Notes: a model not told the origin generated them from the sequence alone. Shown: positions 1 to 9,125, counted from the stretch's first letter. The stretch is 20,000 bases of DNA from an uncultured virus (IMG/VR IMGVR_UViG_3300022927_000014) (IMGVR_UViG_3300022927_000014), one strand, 5' to 3'. A program made the numbers and translations.

Positions 1-912
1 AAGAAAGAGCTTTATATCTTAGCAGCTTTTACAGGTCACTTGAAATCAACTAGCTCTTTAAATTGGGTTTATAATCAAGCAATCTATGGTGGCACTAACA
101 CCATTTACTTCTCATTAGAGATGCACTACCCACAGTGTCGAAGGATTATCTACACCTACCACTCAATGCACCCTAAGTTTAGAAAGAAGCGTATTGCTTT
201 AGGACTTCAAACAGGTCAGACAGATGTCTGTATAGACCCTAAGAAGATTAAAGAGGGTACACTGACCAAAGACGAAGAGGCATTTATGAAAGAGGTTGTT
301 AAAGATCTCAATGATGGTGTTAAGTCTGGTCAATATGGCTCACTTCGATTTGAAGTAGCTGACCCTAATTTGATGGACTTTACAGTTGAAGATTTAAGAG
401 CAAGAGCAGAAGCGATTGCACAATCTGAGTCAGTAAAGATGATTGTAGTAGACCACGCTCTCTTGGTATCTCCTAGAAGATGGGTAGCTAGTACAACAGA
501 CAGGCTTAATGAGGTTATTCGTGACCTTAAAAAGACTGCTCTGGGCTTCAATAGAGGTGAGGGTATTCCTATTCTTTGCTTGTTCCAAATTAGTCGTGAG
601 GGCTTCAAGTCAGCAGAAAAGAATGGTGGCTCTTATAACCTAACTCACTTGAGTTATGCAAATGAAGCAGAGCGTTCTGCGGATGTGGTTATCTCAAGTT
701 GGTTTGGTGAAGACATGAAGCAGAACTCACAGGTTAAGTATCAATGCCTAAAGTCTAGAGATCAAGCTCCTTTCGATAACTTTGAAGCTCAGATTTCATG
801 GCCTGCTGGTCGAGTTCTTGATATGCCTTTACAGTTTCAATCTAGTACAGCCAAAAGCAAGCCTGCCCCTAAGGGAGATGCTTTAGATAAGATACTAGAT
901 GAGGAACTTTAA
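1..912 (+). CDS. dnaB: DnaB-like SF4 replicative helicase, C-terminal ATPase domain (5'-truncated)
   Basis: Frame is open from base 1 (KKELYILAAFTGHLKST, Walker A-like). It has H1a YFSLEM, Walker B MIVVDH, H3 LKKTAL..IPILCLFQISR, H4 SYANEAERSADVVI, Arg-finger KSRD and an acidic C-tail. The ORF-track start at 40 is internal. Confidence 0.9.
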   Translation, partial: KKELYILAAFTGHLKSTSSLNWVYNQAIYGGTNTIYFSLEMHYPQCRRIIYTYHSMHPKFRKKRIALGLQTGQTDVCIDPKKIKEGTLTKDEEAFMKEVVKDLNDGVKSGQYGSLRFEVADPNLMDFTVEDLRARAEAIAQSESVKMIVVDHALLVSPRRWVASTTDRLNEVIRDLKKTALGFNRGEGIPILCLFQISREGFKSAEKNGGSYNLTHLSYANEAERSADVVISSWFGEDMKQNSQVKYQCLKSRDQAPFDNFEAQISWPAGRVLDMPLQFQSSTAKSKPAPKGDALDKILDEEL

Positions 913-1223
913 TGAGAAGAAAGAAAAATGATGACCTTTATTTCATTCAATCTGCAAAGACAGGGATGATTAAAATAGGAAGATCTAAGAACCCAGAAAA
1001 AAGACTGAAGCAACTCCAGACAGGCTCTCCAAATAAGCTTAAGCTTATAGCTTCTTTTAAAGAAGAGGGCTGGAGAGAGTCTGAACTCCATGAGCATTTA
1101 AGAGAGTGGAAAGTTAGAAGCAATGGAGAATGGTTTACCTATGATTGTGTAGGTAATATACCCAAGCACTTCTATGAAAGAATAGAGTGGGGCTCTTTTG
1201 ATGATTGGTGGGAGAGTCCTTAG
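912..1223 (+). CDS. GIY-YIG superfamily nuclease, T5orf172/MUG113-like
   Basis: LYFIQ..IKIGRSKNPEKRLKQLQTGSP..ESELH..NGEWF is the T5orf172-type signature. The start overlaps the helicase stop (TAATG). Confidence 0.85.
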   Translation: MRRKKNDDLYFIQSAKTGMIKIGRSKNPEKRLKQLQTGSPNKLKLIASFKEEGWRESELHEHLREWKVRSNGEWFTYDCVGNIPKHFYERIEWGSFDDWWESP

Positions 1224-2194
1224 TAAGTCTGGAACTTTTGTAAGAGGTGATCTCTTTTTTGTTCCGCAATCTTGCTTAGGGTTACTCCCATACACTTTTT
1301 GTTAAGATAATCCTCTATAGAAGAGATAAGCTTATTCTTAGCTAACTGCACTTCTTTAGAATATCTTTGCTCATTATATGGAGTCTCAAGCTCCCAATCT
1401 TTTAGGCTCTTTTCATAGAACTTCATATCTTGATTTCGTTTTTCCACCTTTTCTTTTGAAAGGTGGCTCTTAAATTGGTCTTCAATTTTTAAGAGAGTCT
1501 CTTCTGTGTCTCTTATAGCAACAAGAACAAACAAGAAGTTTTTCTTCTTAAAGATATCTCTTTGGACATAGAGAACTTTGTCATAGAATGCTCTTATTTC
1601 AAGACCAAACTTCTTTTTTATTACATCACTCAGATATTTAATATTGGTGTACTTGCTGAAATTGCTTTCTAAGAACCCTATCCAAGTCTCTTCAAAGTCT
1701 CTCTTGTAAGAAGATATTTTCACATAGAGATTAGAACTATTGTAAAGAGCAATCCTATAATCTTTAGGGTTTATTTTTAATGGGTTTAATGATTTGTTCA
1801 GATCTTCTATCTTCTCTAGTTCACTAATGTTGTATAGCTTCTCTATTATCTTTCTCACAGTTCGACTACCTAGAGATTTCTTTATAGCACCTGGTTTCTT
1901 TTCTTCAATCTTATTTAACATTTCTAATTCTTTAGAAACGACCTTTGCTATTTTTATAGGCAGGTTTGAAACAAAGTCATCAGGATAAACAGAAGTTAGC
2001 CCCCCATAAGGACTTCTCTCATATTTGTAATACTGTCGGCCTATAACATCACCAGAGTTATTGTAAAGGTAGTCTCCTGCATAAATCCCCTTTTTTTTAG
2101 CTAGAGCGTCTACTTTCATTATATCAAGAGATGAGCCATAGACCTCTAAAAAAGTACCTTCTCTTGTCTTAAAAGTTTTATATCTTATCTTCAT
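1220..2194 (-). CDS. hypothetical protein (324 aa, Lys-rich)
   Basis: Long ORF with strong SD (AAGGAG) 7 nt before the ATG. No recognised domain. Confidence 0.75.
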   Translation of the reverse strand: MKIRYKTFKTREGTFLEVYGSSLDIMKVDALAKKKGIYAGDYLYNNSGDVIGRQYYKYERSPYGGLTSVYPDDFVSNLPIKIAKVVSKELEMLNKIEEKKPGAIKKSLGSRTVRKIIEKLYNISELEKIEDLNKSLNPLKINPKDYRIALYNSSNLYVKISSYKRDFEETWIGFLESNFSKYTNIKYLSDVIKKKFGLEIRAFYDKVLYVQRDIFKKKNFLFVLVAIRDTEETLLKIEDQFKSHLSKEKVEKRNQDMKFYEKSLKDWELETPYNEQRYSKEVQLAKNKLISSIEDYLNKKCMGVTLSKIAEQKRDHLLQKFQTY

Positions 2195-2224
2195 AACAGA
2201 ACTCCTTCTTCAATCGAGTGTCAT

Positions 2225-2236
2225 ATAAAGAGTATT
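2225..2236 (-). promoter_or_regulatory. TA-N5-TTTAT candidate phage promoter (variant AATACTCTTTAT)
   Basis: 30 nt before ATG 2194; one mismatch to the consensus. Confidence 0.5.
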
Positions 2237-4274
2237 AAGCGATTACAATGTAATTGACTTTAATACTTATTGAGCCATTACTGTAGTTTGCAATCCCTAA
2301 AACACTAGAATGGCCAGCAGCATCACTATACCTCAGTTGCAGGTAGCGTTTTGTCGCATACACAAAGGAAGCCCCAACATAAAGATAAGGACTCCCATCT
2401 ATCTCCATAAAAGAGCTGGTGGAAGTCACAAAAGATAAGACTTTAACATTATCATATAGCAGATTCCCACTTGAGTCTATGGGGCTGTAAAGACCTGTGT
2501 AATCTTCTGTAGTCTCTGGATAGAAAAGGGTGTTTTCATTATTATTTAGATGACCCATACGAATGTCTGTAGATCCTCCAGAATTATAAGTCACATCTTG
2601 AAAGAATAAAGGAATCACATCAACATGGTAGTTCAGATTGATGTCAAAAGAAACAGACCCAGAACCTAAGATACTTATACCTAAAGCTCTCAATACATTA
2701 TTAGCACCTAGAGCCATTAATTTGTTTGGTGCATCCGAGACAATAGCACTTGAAGATACTGTGACATTAGTACCAGCATCAATCTCCACACCAAGACCTG
2801 AAAGTGATACAGTATCTGTGGCTGTAGTAGTTATATTCTCTGCCGTAGTTTCAATCGAACCACTAACAGCAGAGAATTCAATCAAACCACTAGCAGCAGT
2901 AGTGGTCACACTTGGTGCTGTAATATTTATTTCATCATCTCCAGTAACATCTACTGTGCGACCATCAATAGCAACAGAACCTCTCTTTTCTAAAATACTG
3001 TTGCCACTAACAGCACCACCTCGAATGGTCACAGAACCTCCAAAGATACCACCATTGCCATTATTTAAACCTAAGAAGCTACCACCCTCAATCAATACAT
3101 CTCCTGCATATGCAAAGTCACTATCCAAAAGAGAGAAATCAAAGTCTTCAACAGCACCACCTCGAATAAAAACCTTTCCTTTAGTTGCTGCATCTTTAGA
3201 GGTAGGTTCATCAGCAGTACCAGCTCCGATAACAACATCTCCAGGTGTGCCACTTAGATTTGAATCGCCACTGTAGATATGAATGTCACCACCACTTGAA
3301 TCTGTAAATCCTGAAGCACCCTCTATGGTTAAACCACCTGCTGTGCCACCAGAATAGTTATCGCCTACTTTTATATCTATATCTCCACCAATACCTTGAT
3401 CTGTTTTACCTGTACCTATATTTATAGAGCCAGCAGTTCCACTATTTGAATTGCTAGTTTTGATAGAAAGGTCACCACTACTAGAAGAACCGTATAGTGA
3501 GCCTGTGAAACTACCTGTACTGATAGAAATACCACCTGTAAATTCACTAGGGTCTGTTCGATCTGAAGTGTGTAAATTAACACCAGACGCTCTACCTTTT
3601 ATATCTACATAGTAGGCATCCATTGTAAGATTCCCATAACCATAGGCTATTAAGTTAATGTAGCCACCCCAAGTTTCTGAATCTTGCAAACCATTGTTTG
3701 CTTTACCACCTAAAATATTAACATCTCCAGCTCTATTAAAGTAAGATCCATCGAGAGCCATATTGCCCCCTCTTACATCAATACGGCCTGGATCATCTCC
3801 TGTATTGTCACTTTGACCATAGATTAAGACATTTGCATTCAAGCTTGTGTATGTAGGCTTAGGTACAGGGGAGATTAAAATATCATCTCCAGACCTAAGC
3901 TCTAGTCTTTCTTCACTTTGGACATATATGTGACCTCTTTCAGAGAGGGTAAGAGGAGTAGCATACTCTCCACTTTTAATAAGTATTCGACCAGAGCTAA
4001 CTCCTGTACCAGAAATCAACTCTATTTTCCCACCGACACCGCCTGTTTTTGACTCTCCTGCATGCAATAGGATTTCACCCCCAGCACCATCAAAAGAGTC
4101 TCCAGATTCTAGGGTAATAATGCCACCATCTCCAAAACCAGAGGCAGAGTTTATAAGTATACCTCTTTCAGAGCTTCCGAAAAGAGAAGCACTATCTATT
4201 GAGGGTTTAATAATTCGACCTCTTTGTTGAGACTGGCTGATTGAAACTTCTAAGGAATCTTTAGTTGAACTCAT
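2235..4274 (-). CDS. Gly/Ser/Thr-rich repetitive virion protein (tail fibre/spike-like, probable beta-helix)
   Basis: Recurrent GG[DE]IxIxxG-type repeats (GGIITLESG, GGEILLHAG, GGKIELISG, GGDIDIKVG, GGDIHIYSG, AGDVLIEGG). SD GAGAGG. The C-terminus NYIVIA is typical of fibre tips. Confidence 0.6.
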   Translation of the reverse strand: MSSTKDSLEVSISQSQQRGRIIKPSIDSASLFGSSERGILINSASGFGDGGIITLESGDSFDGAGGEILLHAGESKTGGVGGKIELISGTGVSSGRILIKSGEYATPLTLSERGHIYVQSEERLELRSGDDILISPVPKPTYTSLNANVLIYGQSDNTGDDPGRIDVRGGNMALDGSYFNRAGDVNILGGKANNGLQDSETWGGYINLIAYGYGNLTMDAYYVDIKGRASGVNLHTSDRTDPSEFTGGISISTGSFTGSLYGSSSSGDLSIKTSNSNSGTAGSINIGTGKTDQGIGGDIDIKVGDNYSGGTAGGLTIEGASGFTDSSGGDIHIYSGDSNLSGTPGDVVIGAGTADEPTSKDAATKGKVFIRGGAVEDFDFSLLDSDFAYAGDVLIEGGSFLGLNNGNGGIFGGSVTIRGGAVSGNSILEKRGSVAIDGRTVDVTGDDEINITAPSVTTTAASGLIEFSAVSGSIETTAENITTTATDTVSLSGLGVEIDAGTNVTVSSSAIVSDAPNKLMALGANNVLRALGISILGSGSVSFDINLNYHVDVIPLFFQDVTYNSGGSTDIRMGHLNNNENTLFYPETTEDYTGLYSPIDSSGNLLYDNVKVLSFVTSTSSFMEIDGSPYLYVGASFVYATKRYLQLRYSDAAGHSSVLGIANYSNGSISIKVNYIVIA

Positions 4275-4303
4275 GTTAACCTCTCTTTTTTAGTATAGGC
4301 TTA

Positions 4304-4315
4304 ATAAAAGACATA
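4304..4315 (-). promoter_or_regulatory. TA-N5-TTTAT candidate phage promoter (TATGTCTTTTAT)
   Basis: 29 nt before ATG 4274; identical to the copy at 6208-6219. Confidence 0.65.
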
Positions 4316-4323
4316 GTGATAGT

Positions 4324-4335
4324 TAATCTATTGCT
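4324..4335 (+). promoter_or_regulatory. degenerate TA-N5-TTTAT copy (TAATCTATTGCT)
   Basis: 31 nt before ATG 4367, the same spacing as other copies, but with two mismatches. Confidence 0.3.
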
Positions 4336-4366
4336 TGTCACTTTTGCTAAATAAAGGAGTTCATCT

Positions 4367-5701
4367 ATGAGTAAATACAACGCTATAAGAGAAGAGAATG
4401 AAAAGTTTAATGCATGGATTCTTGAAGAAGAAGAGGCAGGTGGCTTCTTTGATCCTATAGAAGAAAGAAAAGTTAGGTTTTTTAATGAACTGAGTGAAGA
4501 AGGCAAGGAGAAAGCATACGAAGAATTTGAAGCTACCAAAGAAATCAAAGACATTAAAAGATATAGGGCTCTGGCATTTCAGGGCAAGCTTTTTGCTTTG
4601 CGGTGGTTGTTAAAAAGATCTAAGGATTTTGAAGAATTTAAAGAGCCTTTAGAAAACAAAACCAAGAAATTAGATCTCAGTCCTAGTAAAGATCGAAGAA
4701 CAAAAATCAAAGATATGACCCAGACCAAAGCAAGAGACTTATACTTGGAAGATGTTATATTTGATGACTTAGACCTATCTTGGTCAGACTTCTCGGGTAG
4801 CACTCTAGTCAACTGTAGTTTTAATAACACAACACTGACAGGTGCAAAGTTTGTAAACTGTTCTTTACAGATAGTAGACTTTGGTGGTGCAGACCTCACC
4901 TTAGTGGACTTCAAAAATGTGGATCTTCGAGCCACCAAGGACTTTGGTAAGGCAACAATTAAGCAAACCAACTTATCTGGTGCTGATGTTAGAGGTGTTG
5001 ATCTAAGAGGTGCTGGAGAAAGTAAGGAAGATCTTTTCTATGTTAGTCCAACAACTAAATTTGATGTTACTAACAAAAAGCTGATTACTAAAGTGCCTAT
5101 TTACATGGAGAAGTTTGATGTTCTGTTAAAAAACATAGAAGACCAAATCAATAAAGGAAAAGAAATTGGATATGATAAGTCTAAAGTCAAAGAACTAAAA
5201 AAATATCTTAATGAAAATACATTTAAGGTCTTCTATGGAGATAGGATATTAAAAGTACTAGACTACTACAAAAAAGAGCTTTCTTGGAGAAAACGCTTGC
5301 CAGATTCCTTTTTGCCTTTTTCTTATTCTTTTAAAGACTTAAAGAAGTTCTTTAGGAACACTGACAGCCAAGTTAAGAATATGGTTAGCAAGATTAATCA
5401 AAAGATTGGCTCAAAGAGATATGTACTGACAGAGCCTGTTAATACTAACAGCCATACTAACAGATTAAAGGGCAAGATAGTCTATGGGGGAAATCTTTTA
5501 GGTTTATCTCAAACAGTGCCCTATTACATAATTGTAAACATTGGAAATTCTGGCTTTGGCCTTAGAAGATTTTATACACCAGAGTCTTATATCTTCTGCA
5601 TACCTCAAAAGAGTTGCTCATCCGAATTTGAAGAATTTGGTCAAAGAGAGCTAGGTACTATTGTTATGAAGATAGAAGACTTAATCTGGAGAGAACGTTA
5701 G
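4367..5701 (+). CDS. pentapeptide-repeat-containing protein
   Basis: Central tract (about 4736-5014) LDLSWSDFSGSTLVNCSFNNTTLTGAKFVNCSL..ADLTLVDFKNVDLRA..TNLSGADVRGVDLRGA. SD AAGGAG. Flanking domains not recognised. Confidence 0.85.
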   Translation: MSKYNAIREENEKFNAWILEEEEAGGFFDPIEERKVRFFNELSEEGKEKAYEEFEATKEIKDIKRYRALAFQGKLFALRWLLKRSKDFEEFKEPLENKTKKLDLSPSKDRRTKIKDMTQTKARDLYLEDVIFDDLDLSWSDFSGSTLVNCSFNNTTLTGAKFVNCSLQIVDFGGADLTLVDFKNVDLRATKDFGKATIKQTNLSGADVRGVDLRGAGESKEDLFYVSPTTKFDVTNKKLITKVPIYMEKFDVLLKNIEDQINKGKEIGYDKSKVKELKKYLNENTFKVFYGDRILKVLDYYKKELSWRKRLPDSFLPFSYSFKDLKKFFRNTDSQVKNMVSKINQKIGSKRYVLTEPVNTNSHTNRLKGKIVYGGNLLGLSQTVPYYIIVNIGNSGFGLRRFYTPESYIFCIPQKSCSSEFEEFGQRELGTIVMKIEDLIWRER

Positions 5702-6165
5702 TACTGATATAAAGCCATGATCTTTTGACGCTGGCGAGGTGTTCTAACGCTATTTTTGACGATAGTTTTAATGTTCTGGATGATGAATTTAGGGTTTTCA
5801 GAAGAGAAGTTAGGCACTACCACTAAATTAAATTGTTCTCTGGTGTATATACTTGTTAAGTAAACCCTTAGTAGGTCTTGCTCCTTATCAAGCTCTACAT
5901 TAATAAACATAAGTTGTTGTCTATCATTTTTGATATGACCTCGTGCCTCTAATTGGTATATTTTATTGGGCTTTTTGATGTAGCCATCATCACCTTTGGT
6001 GTTTGCAAGACCATAGTCTACCAGAGCATCTCCTGTTCCGTTAGCTATTGCCTTAAGGGTTTCTTTAATTTTATCTCCAAAAATGTCAAATAGTCCAGCT
6101 TCTTTTTCAAGCCTGGCGATTCTCATTTCAAGAGATCTGATTTGTTGTGCTGCTGTTCTTCTCAT
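5698..6165 (-). CDS. hypothetical protein with N-terminal RTA..LEMRIARLEKEA leader
   Basis: The ORF track starts at 6195, but the ATG at 6165 has AGGA about 9 nt upstream whereas 6195 has no SD spacing. Confidence 0.7.
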   Translation of the reverse strand: MRRTAAQQIRSLEMRIARLEKEAGLFDIFGDKIKETLKAIANGTGDALVDYGLANTKGDDGYIKKPNKIYQLEARGHIKNDRQQLMFINVELDKEQDLLRVYLTSIYTREQFNLVVVPNFSSENPKFIIQNIKTIVKNSVRTPRQRQKIMALYQY

Positions 6166-6207
6166 TTTACGTTTTCCTATCTGATAAAGATTCATTCCTT
6201 GTGGGAC

Positions 6208-6219
6208 ATAAAAGACATA
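6208..6219 (-). promoter_or_regulatory. TA-N5-TTTAT candidate phage promoter (TATGTCTTTTAT)
   Basis: 42 nt before ATG 6165. Confidence 0.65.
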
Positions 6220-8049
6220 TTAATATAAAGGTGTCTTTGCGACAGAGATTTCACGACTAGATGCTTTAACTTCTTCTTCTACAATGTCGATGATATCATC
6301 AACAACCAACTCTGAAGAGAGATCTCTTACTGCGTTGACTACATTTTGTGGGATGCTAAAGAGTTTTTCTAACAGACCTGTACAAGTCACTATGTTTGAT
6401 GTTGTCAACTCTTCTTCAAAGGTATGTGGCATAACAGATAAGATCAAGCTCATACGAACACCCTCTGCCATAGGGATTGCAACAAGAGAGTAAGGGTAGC
6501 TCTTGTCACTATCTTTAAAGTAAGACTTTACCCTATCTTTGTAGATCCTATTAACAACAGAGAGTTGAATATCTCCCCTTTGCATTTCTTTTTCTCTGAT
6601 GTTCAAATATATGTCAATATACTTCATCATTGTAGATTTGAAGTTAGCAGGTGTAACTCCCATAGTAGTTATAGGCAAGCAGAGTTTGCAAGACTCCCAC
6701 AAGGCTGCAATGTAATCCTCTGGCTCTGTGCTGTTCTCTGCAATATTTGCCATTGAAGTACCCCATTTTTTAGAGCTACTGTGCAGATCACCCTCAATCT
6801 TGATTCCCTGATAGGTGAATCCACCATTAACAGCCAAGAACAAGTTGACCCACTGAGGAATAGATTTGGTTCTCTTCCTCATTCTTTTTGCAAAGTCAGA
6901 CTTTCCTTTTTTAACCTTTGTTTTAATCTTAGGGTTAAAGATTTTAGCATCTGCATCCATACAATTATCAACAAAAGAAGCAAAGAGCCTAAGTTGTCCA
7001 ATGCTCATAAACTTGTATTTCTTAATGATCATTGGTGCAAGCTTCCTCGAAGACACCTCACTACAAGTCATTACTATATCTTGAACTATATCTTCATCCC
7101 ATCTCTTAGCGATAAGCATAGCCCAATCTTCATCAAGCATTCTCCATACACTCGCAGACAAGAATAAGAGATCTTTCTTCTTTTGTAGCATATTTGCAGA
7201 CATATTATATGTTGCGTTCTCTTTAAATGCCTTACCCTCTAAAGCTCTGGTGATAAGATTATCTACTTCTTTTTGAGCAACTAAAGGGTCTGTGCCATCA
7301 AAGAGTTCCATTTGGTCATAGACAGTTGTATTTGATGAGGTGTCCTCTATATTTTCAATTGGGTCACCATAAGCATTTTCGTCTGTGTTTAAGTCTACAA
7401 TATATCTTTTCCTCTTTAAGTCACCTGGCATGATCTCTCGTTTGGTGAAGTGAGGACTTTTTGGGTCATATACTCTTCTAATATAATTGCCAACATACTT
7501 AATTGCAGATGCAATGTCTGTAAACTTACTAGGGTCTTTGTTGAGTCTGTACCAGACACCACCATTAAGCTCCATTTGAGTCTTACCAGCACTAGAGCGA
7601 GAAGCTTCAGGTTCGCTCTTATTTCTGCCATGAGGTATTAAGAAATATCTAGAGAAAAGGTCTGTACCTAAGTCCATAAAAGAACCTCTAAATGTAGATG
7701 CTAATTTACTAAGCATAGTAGCCCATTCAGCACCACCAGAACCATTCCACTCATCCATAATCATCTTATCAAGAGAGCTGTCTCTTCTTCTTAATTGTCT
7801 TCTTAGCCCTCGAAAGTCCGAAGGTAAAGTAGAGTCTGTAGGTTCTAATTCTGTTTGACCAAGAGCGAATAAAGTGGACCATGCAGTGTAATAAAAGTAC
7901 CTTTGAGAAGTCTCTTTATTAAAAGGGTCGCTAAGGTCTTTCAAAAAAGCTTCTTTAAGCCACATCTCTGAGGCTGCTTTGATGAGATTCTCTGAAGCTT
8001 GCTTATCTCTCTGGCTTATAATGTCAACTAACTTTAAATATGGACTCAT
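6220..8049 (-). CDS. large hypothetical protein (609 aa)
   Basis: Long ORF with SD GGGAGG. Divergent from the sigma-like gene. No firm domain. Confidence 0.75.
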   Translation of the reverse strand: MSPYLKLVDIISQRDKQASENLIKAASEMWLKEAFLKDLSDPFNKETSQRYFYYTAWSTLFALGQTELEPTDSTLPSDFRGLRRQLRRRDSSLDKMIMDEWNGSGGAEWATMLSKLASTFRGSFMDLGTDLFSRYFLIPHGRNKSEPEASRSSAGKTQMELNGGVWYRLNKDPSKFTDIASAIKYVGNYIRRVYDPKSPHFTKREIMPGDLKRKRYIVDLNTDENAYGDPIENIEDTSSNTTVYDQMELFDGTDPLVAQKEVDNLITRALEGKAFKENATYNMSANMLQKKKDLLFLSASVWRMLDEDWAMLIAKRWDEDIVQDIVMTCSEVSSRKLAPMIIKKYKFMSIGQLRLFASFVDNCMDADAKIFNPKIKTKVKKGKSDFAKRMRKRTKSIPQWVNLFLAVNGGFTYQGIKIEGDLHSSSKKWGTSMANIAENSTEPEDYIAALWESCKLCLPITTMGVTPANFKSTMMKYIDIYLNIREKEMQRGDIQLSVVNRIYKDRVKSYFKDSDKSYPYSLVAIPMAEGVRMSLILSVMPHTFEEELTTSNIVTCTGLLEKLFSIPQNVVNAVRDLSSELVVDDIIDIVEEEVKASSREISVAKTPLY

Positions 8050-8079
8050 GTGTAATCCCTCCCTTGTCTACTCTTTCTT

Positions 8080-8091
8080 ATAAAAGATTTA
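8080..8091 (-). promoter_or_regulatory. TA-N5-TTTAT candidate phage promoter (TAAATCTTTTAT)
   Basis: 30 nt before ATG 8049. Confidence 0.6.
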
Positions 8092-8110
8092 CAAAAGATA
8101 ACTGTACCCC

Positions 8111-8138
8111 TTGCTTTTTATTGATAAGTGTATATAAT
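8111..8138 (+). promoter_or_regulatory. host sigma70-type promoter for the sigma-like gene
   Basis: TTGCTT (8111-8116), 16-nt spacer, TATAAT (8133-8138), ending 67 nt before ATG 8206. Confidence 0.6.
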
Positions 8139-8205
8139 CAATAACACATCACGACAAAGTTCCGTTAGAACAAAGTCAAAGTTAAAGTAAAAACAAGGAG
8201 TGTAA

Positions 8206-9090
8206 ATGTTTAATATCTCGGTAGAGAGTACCCAACCTATTCTCAAAGAGTTGACTATTCTTAACATCCAGCCCTCATTCAATTTCCTCTATGAACTTGA
8301 TTCTTTAAACAGAGAAGTCTCTAAATACAAGCTCTTTAAAAAGAGATCACGAAAGAGATTATCTGGCAATCCAACCAAAGCAAAAGAGCTTAATAGTTGG
8401 AATGAAACCCAGAAGTGGATTTTCGATGCTGAGTCAAATCGGTTTGAGAAGATAAAGAACTTCTGTATCAAGACAGCCTCTAAGGATATCAAGACAGGTG
8501 ACATCATCTATGACAACTATGAAGATTTCTTCATGGGATGGGTCACAGACCTCTGTAAAAGAAACACCTTAGCTACAAAGATCAATAGCGGTGAGAAGAT
8601 CAACAACTCAGTGCTTTATTGGTGGTACAGACAGTTTATTCAGAGAGCTTCTATGAAGTCTGCACAAGATGCTCATTCAAGAGTTTATGGTGTTCGGACT
8701 CAAAGTGAAATCACCCATGAAAAGGTTCATGAACATGATCTTGCTTACTTAGATGCTTCTGGCCTACAAGAAGCTAAAGTAGTCCACAAGTTTAATGAGG
8801 AAACAGGTTCTACAACAGGAGAGCCTGACTATTATGTTGATGAAGACCCTTATCAAAAGCTACACCTGCAAAGTGTGCATGCTTTTGTTAAAAAAGTTTT
8901 TTTGAGGTCTTATGGGAGTGTTGAAAAGACAGAGAATAGATACCAGCTTTTCCTTGAAATCCTTGAAGGTAAAGGTGGTTATTCAAATCTTGAAGAATGG
9001 GCTGAGTCTCATGGTATTTCTATTAACAAGCTAAAGAAGCGTATCTCTCACATTGAAAGTCTTTTAAGTAAGCACAAAGACGAGATCTAA
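8206..9090 (+). CDS. phage sigma70-family sigma factor-like protein
   Basis: NSVLYWWYRQFIQRA resembles region 2.3-2.4 (STYATWWIRQAITRA). YEDFFMG resembles region 2.2. C-terminal LEEWAESHGISINKLKKRISHIESLL resembles the region 4.2 HTH. SD AAGGAG. Confidence 0.65.
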   Translation: MFNISVESTQPILKELTILNIQPSFNFLYELDSLNREVSKYKLFKKRSRKRLSGNPTKAKELNSWNETQKWIFDAESNRFEKIKNFCIKTASKDIKTGDIIYDNYEDFFMGWVTDLCKRNTLATKINSGEKINNSVLYWWYRQFIQRASMKSAQDAHSRVYGVRTQSEITHEKVHEHDLAYLDASGLQEAKVVHKFNEETGSTTGEPDYYVDEDPYQKLHLQSVHAFVKKVFLRSYGSVEKTENRYQLFLEILEGKGGYSNLEEWAESHGISINKLKKRISHIESLLSKHKDEI

Positions 9091-9125
9091 TTCTTTACCA
9101 ATGCCCTCTAAAACAATTTGCTTTT

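Noticed and set aside
2638..3276. 212-aa plus-strand ORF
   Set aside because: It is an antisense shadow of the Gly-rich fibre gene and its composition simply mirrors that gene's codons.
6166..6195. ORF-track start at 6195
   Set aside because: AAGGA abuts this ATG with no spacing, while ATG 6165 has a properly spaced SD.
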